DNA of 64,000 nucleotides from Algoriphagus sp. (lineage in GTDB: Bacteria > Bacteroidota > Bacteroidia > Cytophagales > Cyclobacteriaceae): positions 53,998 through 117,997 of the forward strand of contig JBMDXP010000073.1 in NCBI GenBank assembly GCA_048819475.1, written 5' to 3'. The position numbers and the translations under genes were made by a program. The notes below the pieces were generated by a model. The model saw only the letters and a list, made by a program, of their open reading frames with translations. It made no database searches and had not been told where the DNA came from. Below, piece after piece: positions 47,626 to 56,645 of the stretch; position 1 is the first letter of the stretch; each line of letters opens with the position of its first letter.

Positions 47626-48651
47626 CTATGGAATGAGAGGATTGGCTTCCACCCCTTCGAATGTCATTTCAACAGGTTTGATTGTTCCATCCTCATTGAA
47701 TTCCATCCTATCTATGCAGGTTACACGATGATCCCTTCCCTCATTGGGAATAGGACGTCTGTGGTATACCATATACCAATCATCCGTACCTGGTTTGTTT
47801 AGGACAGAATTATGACCAGCTCCTGTCGCTACCTCCGGATCAGACTCCAGTATAGTTCCGATTCTATTATATGGGCCTGTGGCTTTATCTGCCATAGCAT
47901 AAGCCACTTTATAGCTGTCATTAGTCCACCCTCCTTCAGACCACATTAGATAATACTTTCCATTACGGATAAACATGAATGGCCCTTCCACATAACCTTC
48001 AGGCGTTATTTCCTTGAAAATCTCCCCATCCTCCCAAGGTTTGAATCCGGTGAAGTCGTCATTTAGAACCCCAAGGTTACAATGACTCCATCCTCCATAA
48101 AACATGTAATAGGTACCGTCGGTATCCTTGAAGACAAACTGATCAATGGGCTGGGCATTGTTATGAAAATCAGAAAGCAATGGCTTACCTAAATAGTCCT
48201 TAAATGGACCTCCCGGAGAATCTGCAACTGCTATACCTAACCCCCCAGTATGGTTGATCGGATTATTTGGGTCATAAGAGTCACGTCCAGGCCGTTGAAT
48301 ATCATTGGCCGAGAAGAAAAAATAGTATTTCCCTTCCTTTTCTATAGCAGATGGTGCCCACATTGCTTGCTTTGCCCATGTGATCTTGGATGTATCGAGA
48401 ATCCTCTCATGCTTATCCCAGTGGACAAGATCTTTAGACGAAAAGGCATCAAAATGCAGCTGATCACCATAAGCAGCAGAAAAAGTAGGGTATATCCAGT
48501 ATTCGTCTCCGAAAACGATCCCCTCAGGATCTGCATACCATCCTTCAAAAATTGGATTGCCAGACAGCTCTTTTGCTTTCTCGGCTTCCCTACCCGAACA
48601 TGCACCGGCTACAATCAAAAGCGCTACTAAAACAGTATAATTGGTTTTCAT
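47626..48651 (-). CDS. GH43 glycoside hydrolase lipoprotein
   Basis: WYADP, MWAP, PIDQFVF, VEGPF; lipobox-like AGAC. Confidence 0.92.
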   Translation of the reverse strand: MKTNYTVLVALLIVAGACSGREAEKAKELSGNPIFEGWYADPEGIVFGDEYWIYPTFSAAYGDQLHFDAFSSKDLVHWDKHERILDTSKITWAKQAMWAPSAIEKEGKYYFFFSANDIQRPGRDSYDPNNPINHTGGLGIAVADSPGGPFKDYLGKPLLSDFHNNAQPIDQFVFKDTDGTYYMFYGGWSHCNLGVLNDDFTGFKPWEDGEIFKEITPEGYVEGPFMFIRNGKYYLMWSEGGWTNDSYKVAYAMADKATGPYNRIGTILESDPEVATGAGHNSVLNKPGTDDWYMVYHRRPIPNEGRDHRVTCIDRMEFNEDGTIKPVEMTFEGVEANPLIP

Positions 48652-48655
48652 GCCT

Positions 48656-48663
48656 CTAATATA
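48656..48663 (-). promoter_or_regulatory. -7 box variant TATATTAG, 4 nt before the GH43 ATG (leaderless candidate)
   Basis: Minus strand TATATTAG-aggc-ATG. Confidence 0.6.
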
Positions 48664-49132
48664 TCAATCACCGATGTAATTGAAATGCTGAATCGAATTA
48701 TTTGGTTTTGGCACTGTTGCTTACATCATCTAAAATGCTTCCAAGAAAGCTAAAACAAAATTCTCAAGCAGCTATTTTCATGGCTGGATTTACATACCTG
48801 CAGAAACCGATCAAACTATTACCCTGCTCCAAAGTACTTATCCATCTGTCATAACTAATGTTCAAGGGCAGAACCTGTTCCTTGACGAAGCAGACGGGAG
48901 CCCGCTAGGACTTGAATCAGAAGAAGCTGTAATGCACGATAGTCTTTTACTCTCAGTGGCCTAAGACATGCTCGATTTTGATCCTACCAATATCCTTCGG
49001 CATCCAAGGAGTAGATATATTAACGTATGCTAACCTGCAGGCATTCCTTGTCACCCCTGGAAGAATCTTACAACAGGCAAGCCATTCCAGCCATTTTTTC
49101 GGTCCAACGCTCCCAGTAAGGTCTATTTCTTG

Positions 49133-49140
49133 TATCTTTG
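49133..49140 (+). promoter_or_regulatory. -7 box TATCTTTG upstream of ileS
   Basis: Exact TAnnTTTG 127 nt before the ileS GTG. Confidence 0.55.
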
Positions 49141-49267
49141 TGCCTGCTTTTGAGGGATATGTATACCCCGAAAGGGCTTTTGTTACTGCCTTTTAACTCG
49201 AAGTGTAAAAAACAGTGACTATCTAAATTGATTCAAATCACCTACTTGCCCACAAGAAAGGATTATT

Positions 49268-52200
49268 GTGAAAACCTATAAAGAATTCAAACAGGTCGAT
49301 TATCCCGCTATCGGGGAGGACATCTTAAATTACTGGAAAGAAAACCAGATATTCGAAAAATCCATCTCTAACCGTGACGGAGCAGCTACGTTTACTTTTT
49401 TTGAAGGACCTCCATCAGCAAATGGGACACCAGGGATCCACCATGTGATGGCACGTACGCTTAAGGATATTTTTTGCAGATATAAAACCTTGCAGGGCTA
49501 CCAGGTAAAACGTAAAGGAGGATGGGATACACATGGCCTACCGGTAGAATTGCAGGTAGAGAAGGAGCTTGGTATCACCAAAGAAGATATTGGGAAGAAA
49601 ATTTCCGTGGAAGAGTATAACCGCAAATGCCGGGAGACGGTAATGCGTTTTAAGAATGAGTGGGATGATATGACCGAAAAAATCGGCTATTGGGTCGATC
49701 TGGATGATCCCTACATTACTTTTGACTCCAACTATATCGAAAGCCTGTGGGCATTGCTGCGCAAACTTTATTATAAAGACCTGCTTTATAAGGGATATAC
49801 CATACAGCCTTACTCACCGGCCGCTGGCACGGGATTGAGTTCCCATGAACTCAATCAACCCGGTACTTACAAAGACGTGAAAGACACGTCAATAACTGCC
49901 CAATTTAAGTTGAAGGGGGAGGATAATACTTACATCTTAGCATGGACCACCACTCCTTGGACCTTACCTTCCAACTCCGCGCTTGCGATTGGAGAAAATT
50001 TGGACTATGTAAAGGTGAGGACGTTCAACCCCTATACATTTGATGCGGTCACAGTGATTCTTGCCAAGGCAAGAATGAATGCTTACCTAAACCCAAAAGC
50101 ATCCGAACTGAAGCTGGAAGATTATAAGCCTGGAGACAAGCTCATCCCATATGAAATCCTCAGCGAGTTCAAAGGTAGATCCATGCTTGGCTGGGAGTAC
50201 GAGCAACTTTTTCCAATAGCTGAACTGGCTTTACCCCAACCTGCTTTCACTATCGTATCCGGAGATTATGTAACCACAGAAGATGGCACAGGCATCGTAC
50301 ACCTTGCAAAAGCGTTCGGCGCTGACGACTTTAGGACATTGGCACAAAACAATGTACCGGGAGTATTTGTGAAAGATGAACTGGGGAATGACATTCCGGT
50401 AGTAGACAAGCAAGGGAAATTCCTGCCGGTGGTAGGAAATTACCTTTCCGGAAAAATGGCCGAACATGGTATAACTGCCCATAAACCATATGGAGTAGAC
50501 GATTTCTATGTAAAAAACTACCCGAAAGATGATGAGAATACTGCTGATTATAAAAGCACAGATGTAATCATCTCCATCATCTTAAAAAACGAAAATAAAG
50601 CCTTCAAGGTAGAGAAATACGAGCACAGCTACCCTCATTGCTGGAGAACAGACATGCCCGTGCTCTACTATCCACTGGAAAGTTGGTTTATTAAAACCAC
50701 CGCTTACAAGGACCGGATGGTGGAACTTAATAAAACCATCAACTGGAAACCGGAAGCAACTGGAACCGGCAGGTTTGGGAACTGGCTGGAAAATCTGGTA
50801 GACTGGAACTTGAGCCGTTCCCGGTTTTGGGGAACACCCCTTCCCATATGGCGAACCACTGATGGCTCTGAGGAGAAGTGTATCGGATCAATCGCAGAAT
50901 TGGAAGCAGAGATTGAAAAATCCGTATCAGCAGGATTTATGGCCAAGTCCCCCTATCAAGGTAAGGAGCTGGATCTTCACCGACCTTTCGTCGATGATGT
51001 GGTATTAGTCTCTGACAAGGGAGCAAAAATGTTCCGCGAGCCCGATTTGATAGATGTATGGTTTGATTCAGGTGCAATGCCTTATGCACAGTGGCATTAT
51101 CCATTTGAGAATGAAGCACTGTTCAAAGCGAATTATCCCGCTGATTATATCGCAGAGGGAGTAGACCAGACAAGGGGTTGGTTCTTTACCCTCCATGCAC
51201 TTGCGGTGATGCTGTTTGATAGCGTGGCTTTCAAAAATGTGATCGCAAACGGACTCGTATTGGATAAGAATGGGAATAAAATGTCTAAGCGTCTGGGGAA
51301 TGCTGTGGATCCTTTTAAGACCCTTAAGGAATATGGACCTGATGCGTTACGATGGTATCTGCTAAGCAACGCAAACCCATGGGATAACCTTAAGTTTAAC
51401 CTCGACGGGGTCACAGAGGTGCAGCGGCGCTTTTTCGGTACCTTACAAAACACTTACAACTTTTTTGCTTTATATGCCAATCTGGATACGTTCATCTATG
51501 CCAAATCCACTTCAGTGGCTATATCAGAGCGGGCAGAGCTAGATCAATGGATTCTGTCCAAACTTCAGTCTCTCATTGCAGAGGTAGAGGTATCCATGGA
51601 TAACTATGACGCCACAAAGGCTACCCGTGCCATCATGGGTTTCACCGTGGACCAGCTTTCCAATTGGTATGTGCGTCTGGCGAGAAAAAGGTTCTGGCGA
51701 GGAGAAATGAACGGTGATAAGCAAGCTGCTTATGAGACATTATACGAATGCCTGCTTACCTTATCCCAGTTAATGGCTTCATTTGCCCCCTTCTATGCAG
51801 ACTGGCTCTATCAGAATCTTTCCGAAGCCAATGAGTCAGGTCCAGAATCTGTGCACCTGACCAACTGGATTTCTGCAGATTCATCTTTAATCAATCACGG
51901 GTTGGAAAACAGCATGGAATTGGCACAGACGATTTCCTCTCTAGTCCATTCGCTTCGTAAAAAGGAAAAAGTAAAAGTACGTCAGCCACTCCAGCGTATA
52001 CTCATCCCCATTCTGAATGAGGAAACCCAACGCCAGATTCAGCATGTGGAAGAACTAATCAAATCAGAGGTCAATATCAAAACCATCGAATACATCGATG
52101 ATGCATCTGGAATCCTGGTAAAAAATGTGAAGCCAAACCTTCCCTTGCTAGGTAAAAAATTAGGCTCTAGAATGCGTACAGTGGTAGCGGCCATCAGTCA

Positions 52201-52642
52201 ATGGCAACAGGCCGATATTGCTGTTATAGAGCGGGAGGGCAAAATTACCATGCAGGTAGATGGCGAGACCTTCGAATTATTATTGGAAGAGGTATTGATC
52301 ACTTCCCAGGATATTCCAGGATGGTCTGTGGCAACTGATCGGGGTATTACTGTCGCGCTGGATGTCACACTTACCGATGAGTTGAAGCAGGAGGGTGTGG
52401 CAAGAGATCTAGTGAATAGGCTACAAAACCTTCGCAAAGAAATGGGGCTGGAAGTTCAGGATAAAATCACAATAGGCATTTCAGAAGAAAATTCCTTGGT
52501 AAAATCTGCCATAGCAAATTTTGGTGAGTACATCAAAACAGAAACGCAGGCTTTAACGATAGAGGTACTGGCAGTATCCCCAGAGGCAACGGTACTGGAT
52601 ATGGATGATATCGAAGTGGCAGTTGAGGTAAAAAAAGCCTGA
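49268..52642 (+). CDS. ileS: Isoleucine--tRNA ligase (type 2, usual Bacteroidota form)
   Basis: EGPPSANGTPGIHH, WTTTPWTLP, YPHCWR, DVWFDSG, EGVDQTRGWF, KMSKR. Confidence 0.98.
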   Translation: MKTYKEFKQVDYPAIGEDILNYWKENQIFEKSISNRDGAATFTFFEGPPSANGTPGIHHVMARTLKDIFCRYKTLQGYQVKRKGGWDTHGLPVELQVEKELGITKEDIGKKISVEEYNRKCRETVMRFKNEWDDMTEKIGYWVDLDDPYITFDSNYIESLWALLRKLYYKDLLYKGYTIQPYSPAAGTGLSSHELNQPGTYKDVKDTSITAQFKLKGEDNTYILAWTTTPWTLPSNSALAIGENLDYVKVRTFNPYTFDAVTVILAKARMNAYLNPKASELKLEDYKPGDKLIPYEILSEFKGRSMLGWEYEQLFPIAELALPQPAFTIVSGDYVTTEDGTGIVHLAKAFGADDFRTLAQNNVPGVFVKDELGNDIPVVDKQGKFLPVVGNYLSGKMAEHGITAHKPYGVDDFYVKNYPKDDENTADYKSTDVIISIILKNENKAFKVEKYEHSYPHCWRTDMPVLYYPLESWFIKTTAYKDRMVELNKTINWKPEATGTGRFGNWLENLVDWNLSRSRFWGTPLPIWRTTDGSEEKCIGSIAELEAEIEKSVSAGFMAKSPYQGKELDLHRPFVDDVVLVSDKGAKMFREPDLIDVWFDSGAMPYAQWHYPFENEALFKANYPADYIAEGVDQTRGWFFTLHALAVMLFDSVAFKNVIANGLVLDKNGNKMSKRLGNAVDPFKTLKEYGPDALRWYLLSNANPWDNLKFNLDGVTEVQRRFFGTLQNTYNFFALYANLDTFIYAKSTSVAISERAELDQWILSKLQSLIAEVEVSMDNYDATKATRAIMGFTVDQLSNWYVRLARKRFWRGEMNGDKQAAYETLYECLLTLSQLMASFAPFYADWLYQNLSEANESGPESVHLTNWISADSSLINHGLENSMELAQTISSLVHSLRKKEKVKVRQPLQRILIPILNEETQRQIQHVEELIKSEVNIKTIEYIDDASGILVKNVKPNLPLLGKKLGSRMRTVVAAISQWQQADIAVIEREGKITMQVDGETFELLLEEVLITSQDIPGWSVATDRGITVALDVTLTDELKQEGVARDLVNRLQNLRKEMGLEVQDKITIGISEENSLVKSAIANFGEYIKTETQALTIEVLAVSPEATVLDMDDIEVAVEVKKA

Positions 52643-52658
52643 CGGCAAACTATAAACA

Positions 52659-53294
52659 ATGAATAAATACATCAAATATTTTGGTATTGCCATTCTGGTA
52701 ATCCTGATTGATCAAGCGGTGAAAATGCTGGTCCATTTCGAAATGGATTTTGGATCTCCTGGACAGATCCCGATTTTCGGCGACTGGTTTAAACTGCACT
52801 ATACGACAAATCCAGGGATGGCATTTGGGATGGAACTGGGCTCCGAATATGGCAAACTGCTCCTCACTTCTTTCCGGCTGGTAGCGATGGTAGGTATAGG
52901 CTATTATCTATATTATATAATTGACAAAAGACACCATCCAACTTACATCTTGTGTATAGCTATGATTTTAGGCGGGGCGATTGGTAATCTTGTAGACTCC
53001 ATTTTTTATGGAGTCTGGTTGAATAATGCACCCTATAATGCTTCCACTCCATGGTTCCATGGACAGGTGGTAGACATGTTCTATTTTGACATTTGGGAAG
53101 GCCATCTCCCTAAATGGATACCCTTATGGGGAGGAAGTTATACTGCACTATGGCCTATTTTTAATGTTGCAGATGCTTCTATTTTTATAGGAGTTACTAT
53201 AATTCTAATTTTTCAGGGACGATTCTTCCCGGATAAAAGAGTGGAGGAACCTGCTGACAATGATTCTGATCAAGTTACTATCCGCCCACAATAA
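52659..53294 (+). CDS. lspA: Lipoprotein signal peptidase
   Basis: DQAVK, NPGMAFG, GGAIGNLVD, VVDM, FNVADASI. Confidence 0.94.
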   Translation: MNKYIKYFGIAILVILIDQAVKMLVHFEMDFGSPGQIPIFGDWFKLHYTTNPGMAFGMELGSEYGKLLLTSFRLVAMVGIGYYLYYIIDKRHHPTYILCIAMILGGAIGNLVDSIFYGVWLNNAPYNASTPWFHGQVVDMFYFDIWEGHLPKWIPLWGGSYTALWPIFNVADASIFIGVTIILIFQGRFFPDKRVEEPADNDSDQVTIRPQ

Positions 53295-53307
53295 TTTAGT
53301 TTTATAA

Positions 53308-53357
53308 AAACAGCCGCAACATGTGGGTCTCCTTTGCATCAGTTGTTGCGGCTGTTT
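53308..53357. terminator. 14-bp perfect stem after lspA (terminator or processing hairpin)
   Basis: AAACAGCCGCAACA / TGTTGCGGCTGTTT with a 22-nt loop. Confidence 0.7.
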
Positions 53358-53526
53358 CCTGTAATTTTTGGGGTTTTTGTAAAAAACAGTCACAAAACCT
53401 ATAAAATCGCCCATTTTTCCGTATTTTTCAACTTGGATTTCAATAAACTGAGGACTCCATAAAAGATTTTGATTGCTTTTGGCCCGCCCTATCCAGCCAA
53501 GCAACTGACCCATCTTTATAATAAGT

Positions 53527-56466
53527 ATGATTGTAGATTCTGATAAACCTTTTCAGATAGTTTATTCTGTATATAGCCATGAATTTCTAGGACTGTTGCT
53601 AGAATCCTTTGTGGTACAGTTGGATGAGCAGGGAAGGTTTTCTTTGGCGTATCAAAATATAAGTTCTGCAAATGCCCATGAGTTTGATTCCGGCTTGGAT
53701 AAAACAGACTATGAGCTGATAAAATTAATGGATGCCATGCATCCAGAGATAGTGATCAAACCTTACATCAAGCGAGGAAATATCCGTCCGAAGGATTATT
53801 TGGCTAAAATCTTCGATCCAAAAACAGAGGATAAAAAGACTCAGATTCTGGTAGAAGAAAGGCTTGAAATCCAGCGCTCTAAAATTATGCCTTTACTTGT
53901 TGGCAAGCGTTTGTTTGAGATGGGAAGTGACGGAACTCCTGTTTGGAAAGAAATAGTAGTCAATGCAGAGCGTGCTACCGTGCTGTTCCATTTCCATAAG
54001 AATCAAGAGAATACACACTATTGGCCCACTATCAAATTCAAGGGAGAGAAACTGGATTGGCAATACAAGGGAGGATATTTGATCTGTAAAGATCCTGCCT
54101 GGCTGATTGTCAATGCCCAGCTGTACCATTTTGAAAAAGGTATAGATGGCAAAAAGCTTCAAGCATTCCTGAATAAAAAATTTATCGTCATTGATAAGCG
54201 GATAGAACCAAGCTATTACCGGGGCTTTATGACCAATCTTATCACTCAATTCGACGTGACTTCGGAGGGATTTGATATCAAGGTGGAGCGTGGAACCCCG
54301 GAAGTGATGATTGGCATCAGCGATCTTCAGGGCAAAGCGGGCCCGGATTTATTCGGAAATGAGGAAGAGGGTATCCAGGAAGATAAAATTGTATTTGAGC
54401 TGCGTTTCAAATACGGGGAGTTTGATTTTCCAGTACAGTCTTCGGATGGTGAAAAACTGGGAAATTCGGTGAGATTGGAGGAGAAAGATGACCAATATAC
54501 TTTTTTCAAAACCATAAGAAGCACGCAGAAGGAAAAATCATTCATCAAAATGCTCCGTGATAAAGGGCTTGATTTCAAATCTGGAAAAGTAGCACTTCCT
54601 AAGACACAGGCTTTTGAATGGATAGGTTCAAACGAGGATTTTCTCGACATTGAAAAAATCAAGATTACGCAAAAAGTCAATCCGAAAGGAAAAGTTTACA
54701 ATATAGGAAAGGCCCAGATTTCAATAGAAGTCAATGAGAATATTGACTGGTTCGATGTGAAGGCATTGATAAAATTTGGGATCTACCTCGTTCCTTTTGC
54801 CAAACTTCGAAAACTTCTCATCCAAGGAAAAACTGAATTTGAGCTGCCAAACGGAGAGATTGCCGTAATCCCATCTTCTTGGTTTGTCAATTACTCTGAG
54901 CTCTTCAATTTTATGGAGGACCGGGGTATGAATGATTCCATGGTTCTGAGAAAACACCATCTAGCGCTGGCCAAAGAACTGGAGAAAGGTGATCTGGTAC
55001 AGTTGACGCTAAGCAGAAAACTCGAAAGATTACGGGATTTTGAGGCTATTGAGGATTACGATATGCCGTCCTATTTTGAAGGAACACTCAGACCTTATCA
55101 GCACGCCGGTTACAACTGGTTGAGGTTTCTGAATGAATTCAAGTTCGGAGGTTGTCTAGCTGACGATATGGGTCTTGGAAAAACCGTACAGACGCTGGCT
55201 CTGCTTGCTTACGAGAAGGAGCATAACCCTGGCTTTACCTCCTTACTGGTGATGCCTACTTCATTGATTTATAACTGGGAACTGGAAGCGAGAAAATTCA
55301 CTCCAGAACTGAAAATCCTGGTTTACTCAGGCACCCAGCGGATCAAAGACCCTTGGAGATTTGGGGAGTACGACTTGATCCTGACTTCCTATGGGATTAC
55401 CAGGCTGGATATTGATGTCCTGAAGGAGTTCTTTTTCAATTATGTGATTTTGGATGAGTCACAAGCCATTAAAAACCCCACCAGCAATATAGCTGCCGCT
55501 GTCAATCAGCTGAAAAGTAAGCAGAAGCTTATTCTGACAGGTACTCCTGTGGAAAATGGGACGATGGATCTATGGTCCCAGATGAATTTTATCAATCCAG
55601 GACTGCTTGGCAATCAAAATTCATTCAAAAAGCAGTTTTTGCTCCCTATTGAAAAACAGAATGATAAAGAAAAGGCTACCAAACTCCATGCAATGATTAA
55701 GCCTTTCATCCTTCGAAGACTCAAATCACAGGTGGCCACAGACCTCCCTGAGAAGATCACTAACGTCAAATATTCAGAAATGACGGTCGAGCAGGAGAAA
55801 GTATATGAAGAGGTGAAAAACTATTACCGTGAAAAAATCATTTCTGACATTCAAACAACAGGTAGGAATACCCAGCAGTTTACTTTACTACGCGGACTCA
55901 TGCAGTTACGTCAAATTGCAAACCATCCAAAACTGGTGAGGGGAGATTACGAGGGAGACTCTGGGAAGTTGGAGGACGTAATTCACATGCTCCAGTCCAC
56001 AATTTCAGAAGGTCATAAGGTATTGGTTTTTAGCCAGTTTGTCCGGCATTTAGCCATAGTGAAGGAATATTTGGAGGGAGAAGGAATCCCTTATGCTTAT
56101 TTAGATGGCGCGACCAAGGACAGACAGGGGCAAGTGGAGAAGTTTCAGGAAAATGAAGACATCAAGGTATTTCTTATTTCGTTAAAAGCAGGAGGGGTAG
56201 GGCTTAACCTGACCAAAGCTGAATATGTATTCTTGCTTGATCCTTGGTGGAACCCTGCTGTTGAGGCTCAGGCTATCGACAGAGCCCACAGAATCGGGCA
56301 GGAAAACAAGGTGATTATTTATAAGTTTATCAGTAAAGATTCTGTTGAGGAAAAAATCATGGCCCTTCAGGACCGCAAGCTAGCCTTGGCAGGGGAGCTT
56401 ATCAGCACAGAAGAAAGCTTTATGAAGAGCCTGGGACAGGATGATATCGCTGCATTGCTGGCCTAA
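53527..56466 (+). CDS. SNF2-family DEAD/DEAH helicase-like ATPase with long N-terminal extension
   Basis: LADDMGLGKT, DESQ, LTGTP, SLKAGGVGLNLT, QAIDRAHRIGQ. Confidence 0.93.
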   Translation: MIVDSDKPFQIVYSVYSHEFLGLLLESFVVQLDEQGRFSLAYQNISSANAHEFDSGLDKTDYELIKLMDAMHPEIVIKPYIKRGNIRPKDYLAKIFDPKTEDKKTQILVEERLEIQRSKIMPLLVGKRLFEMGSDGTPVWKEIVVNAERATVLFHFHKNQENTHYWPTIKFKGEKLDWQYKGGYLICKDPAWLIVNAQLYHFEKGIDGKKLQAFLNKKFIVIDKRIEPSYYRGFMTNLITQFDVTSEGFDIKVERGTPEVMIGISDLQGKAGPDLFGNEEEGIQEDKIVFELRFKYGEFDFPVQSSDGEKLGNSVRLEEKDDQYTFFKTIRSTQKEKSFIKMLRDKGLDFKSGKVALPKTQAFEWIGSNEDFLDIEKIKITQKVNPKGKVYNIGKAQISIEVNENIDWFDVKALIKFGIYLVPFAKLRKLLIQGKTEFELPNGEIAVIPSSWFVNYSELFNFMEDRGMNDSMVLRKHHLALAKELEKGDLVQLTLSRKLERLRDFEAIEDYDMPSYFEGTLRPYQHAGYNWLRFLNEFKFGGCLADDMGLGKTVQTLALLAYEKEHNPGFTSLLVMPTSLIYNWELEARKFTPELKILVYSGTQRIKDPWRFGEYDLILTSYGITRLDIDVLKEFFFNYVILDESQAIKNPTSNIAAAVNQLKSKQKLILTGTPVENGTMDLWSQMNFINPGLLGNQNSFKKQFLLPIEKQNDKEKATKLHAMIKPFILRRLKSQVATDLPEKITNVKYSEMTVEQEKVYEEVKNYYREKIISDIQTTGRNTQQFTLLRGLMQLRQIANHPKLVRGDYEGDSGKLEDVIHMLQSTISEGHKVLVFSQFVRHLAIVKEYLEGEGIPYAYLDGATKDRQGQVEKFQENEDIKVFLISLKAGGVGLNLTKAEYVFLLDPWWNPAVEAQAIDRAHRIGQENKVIIYKFISKDSVEEKIMALQDRKLALAGELISTEESFMKSLGQDDIAALLA

Positions 56467-56489
56467 TTTTTCCTATGTTGATAGCTACG

Positions 56490-56518
56490 GGCGAAAAATC
56501 TATTTTTCGCCTTTTTTT
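56490..56518 (+). terminator. Intrinsic terminator
   Basis: GGCGAAAAA-TCTA-TTTTTCGCC followed by a T run. Confidence 0.85.
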
Positions 56519-56645
56519 ATTGATTTGATTTTCAATCCCATAGAAGACAATTCCCTCTAATCAACCATAATTTGTTGCTGAAACTTGGTTATTAGCCATA
56601 TTATTTTTCTAAATTAAATCATCTAGTACCACAACTACCCATCGC

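Noticed and set aside
48664-49130. Long intergenic stretch as a pseudogene or T-box/riboswitch
   Set aside because: The frames I translated on both strands gave no recognisable protein remnant, and I saw no T-box or other riboswitch consensus
42672-53294. Possible antibiotic-resistance island (ABC-F, PDF, RlmN/Cfr-like, IleRS2, LspA)
   Set aside because: The radical SAM protein has the RlmN-type MGMGEPL motif, type 2 IleRS and lspA are the normal Bacteroidota housekeeping copies, the ABC-F looks Uup-like with no attenuator leader, and there are no mobility genes
49204-53393. TGTAAAAAACAGT (13 bp) upstream of ileS and again downstream of lspA, as if flanking a module
   Set aside because: A-rich; roughly one such pair is expected by chance among the intergenic DNA, and ileS-lspA is a core operon
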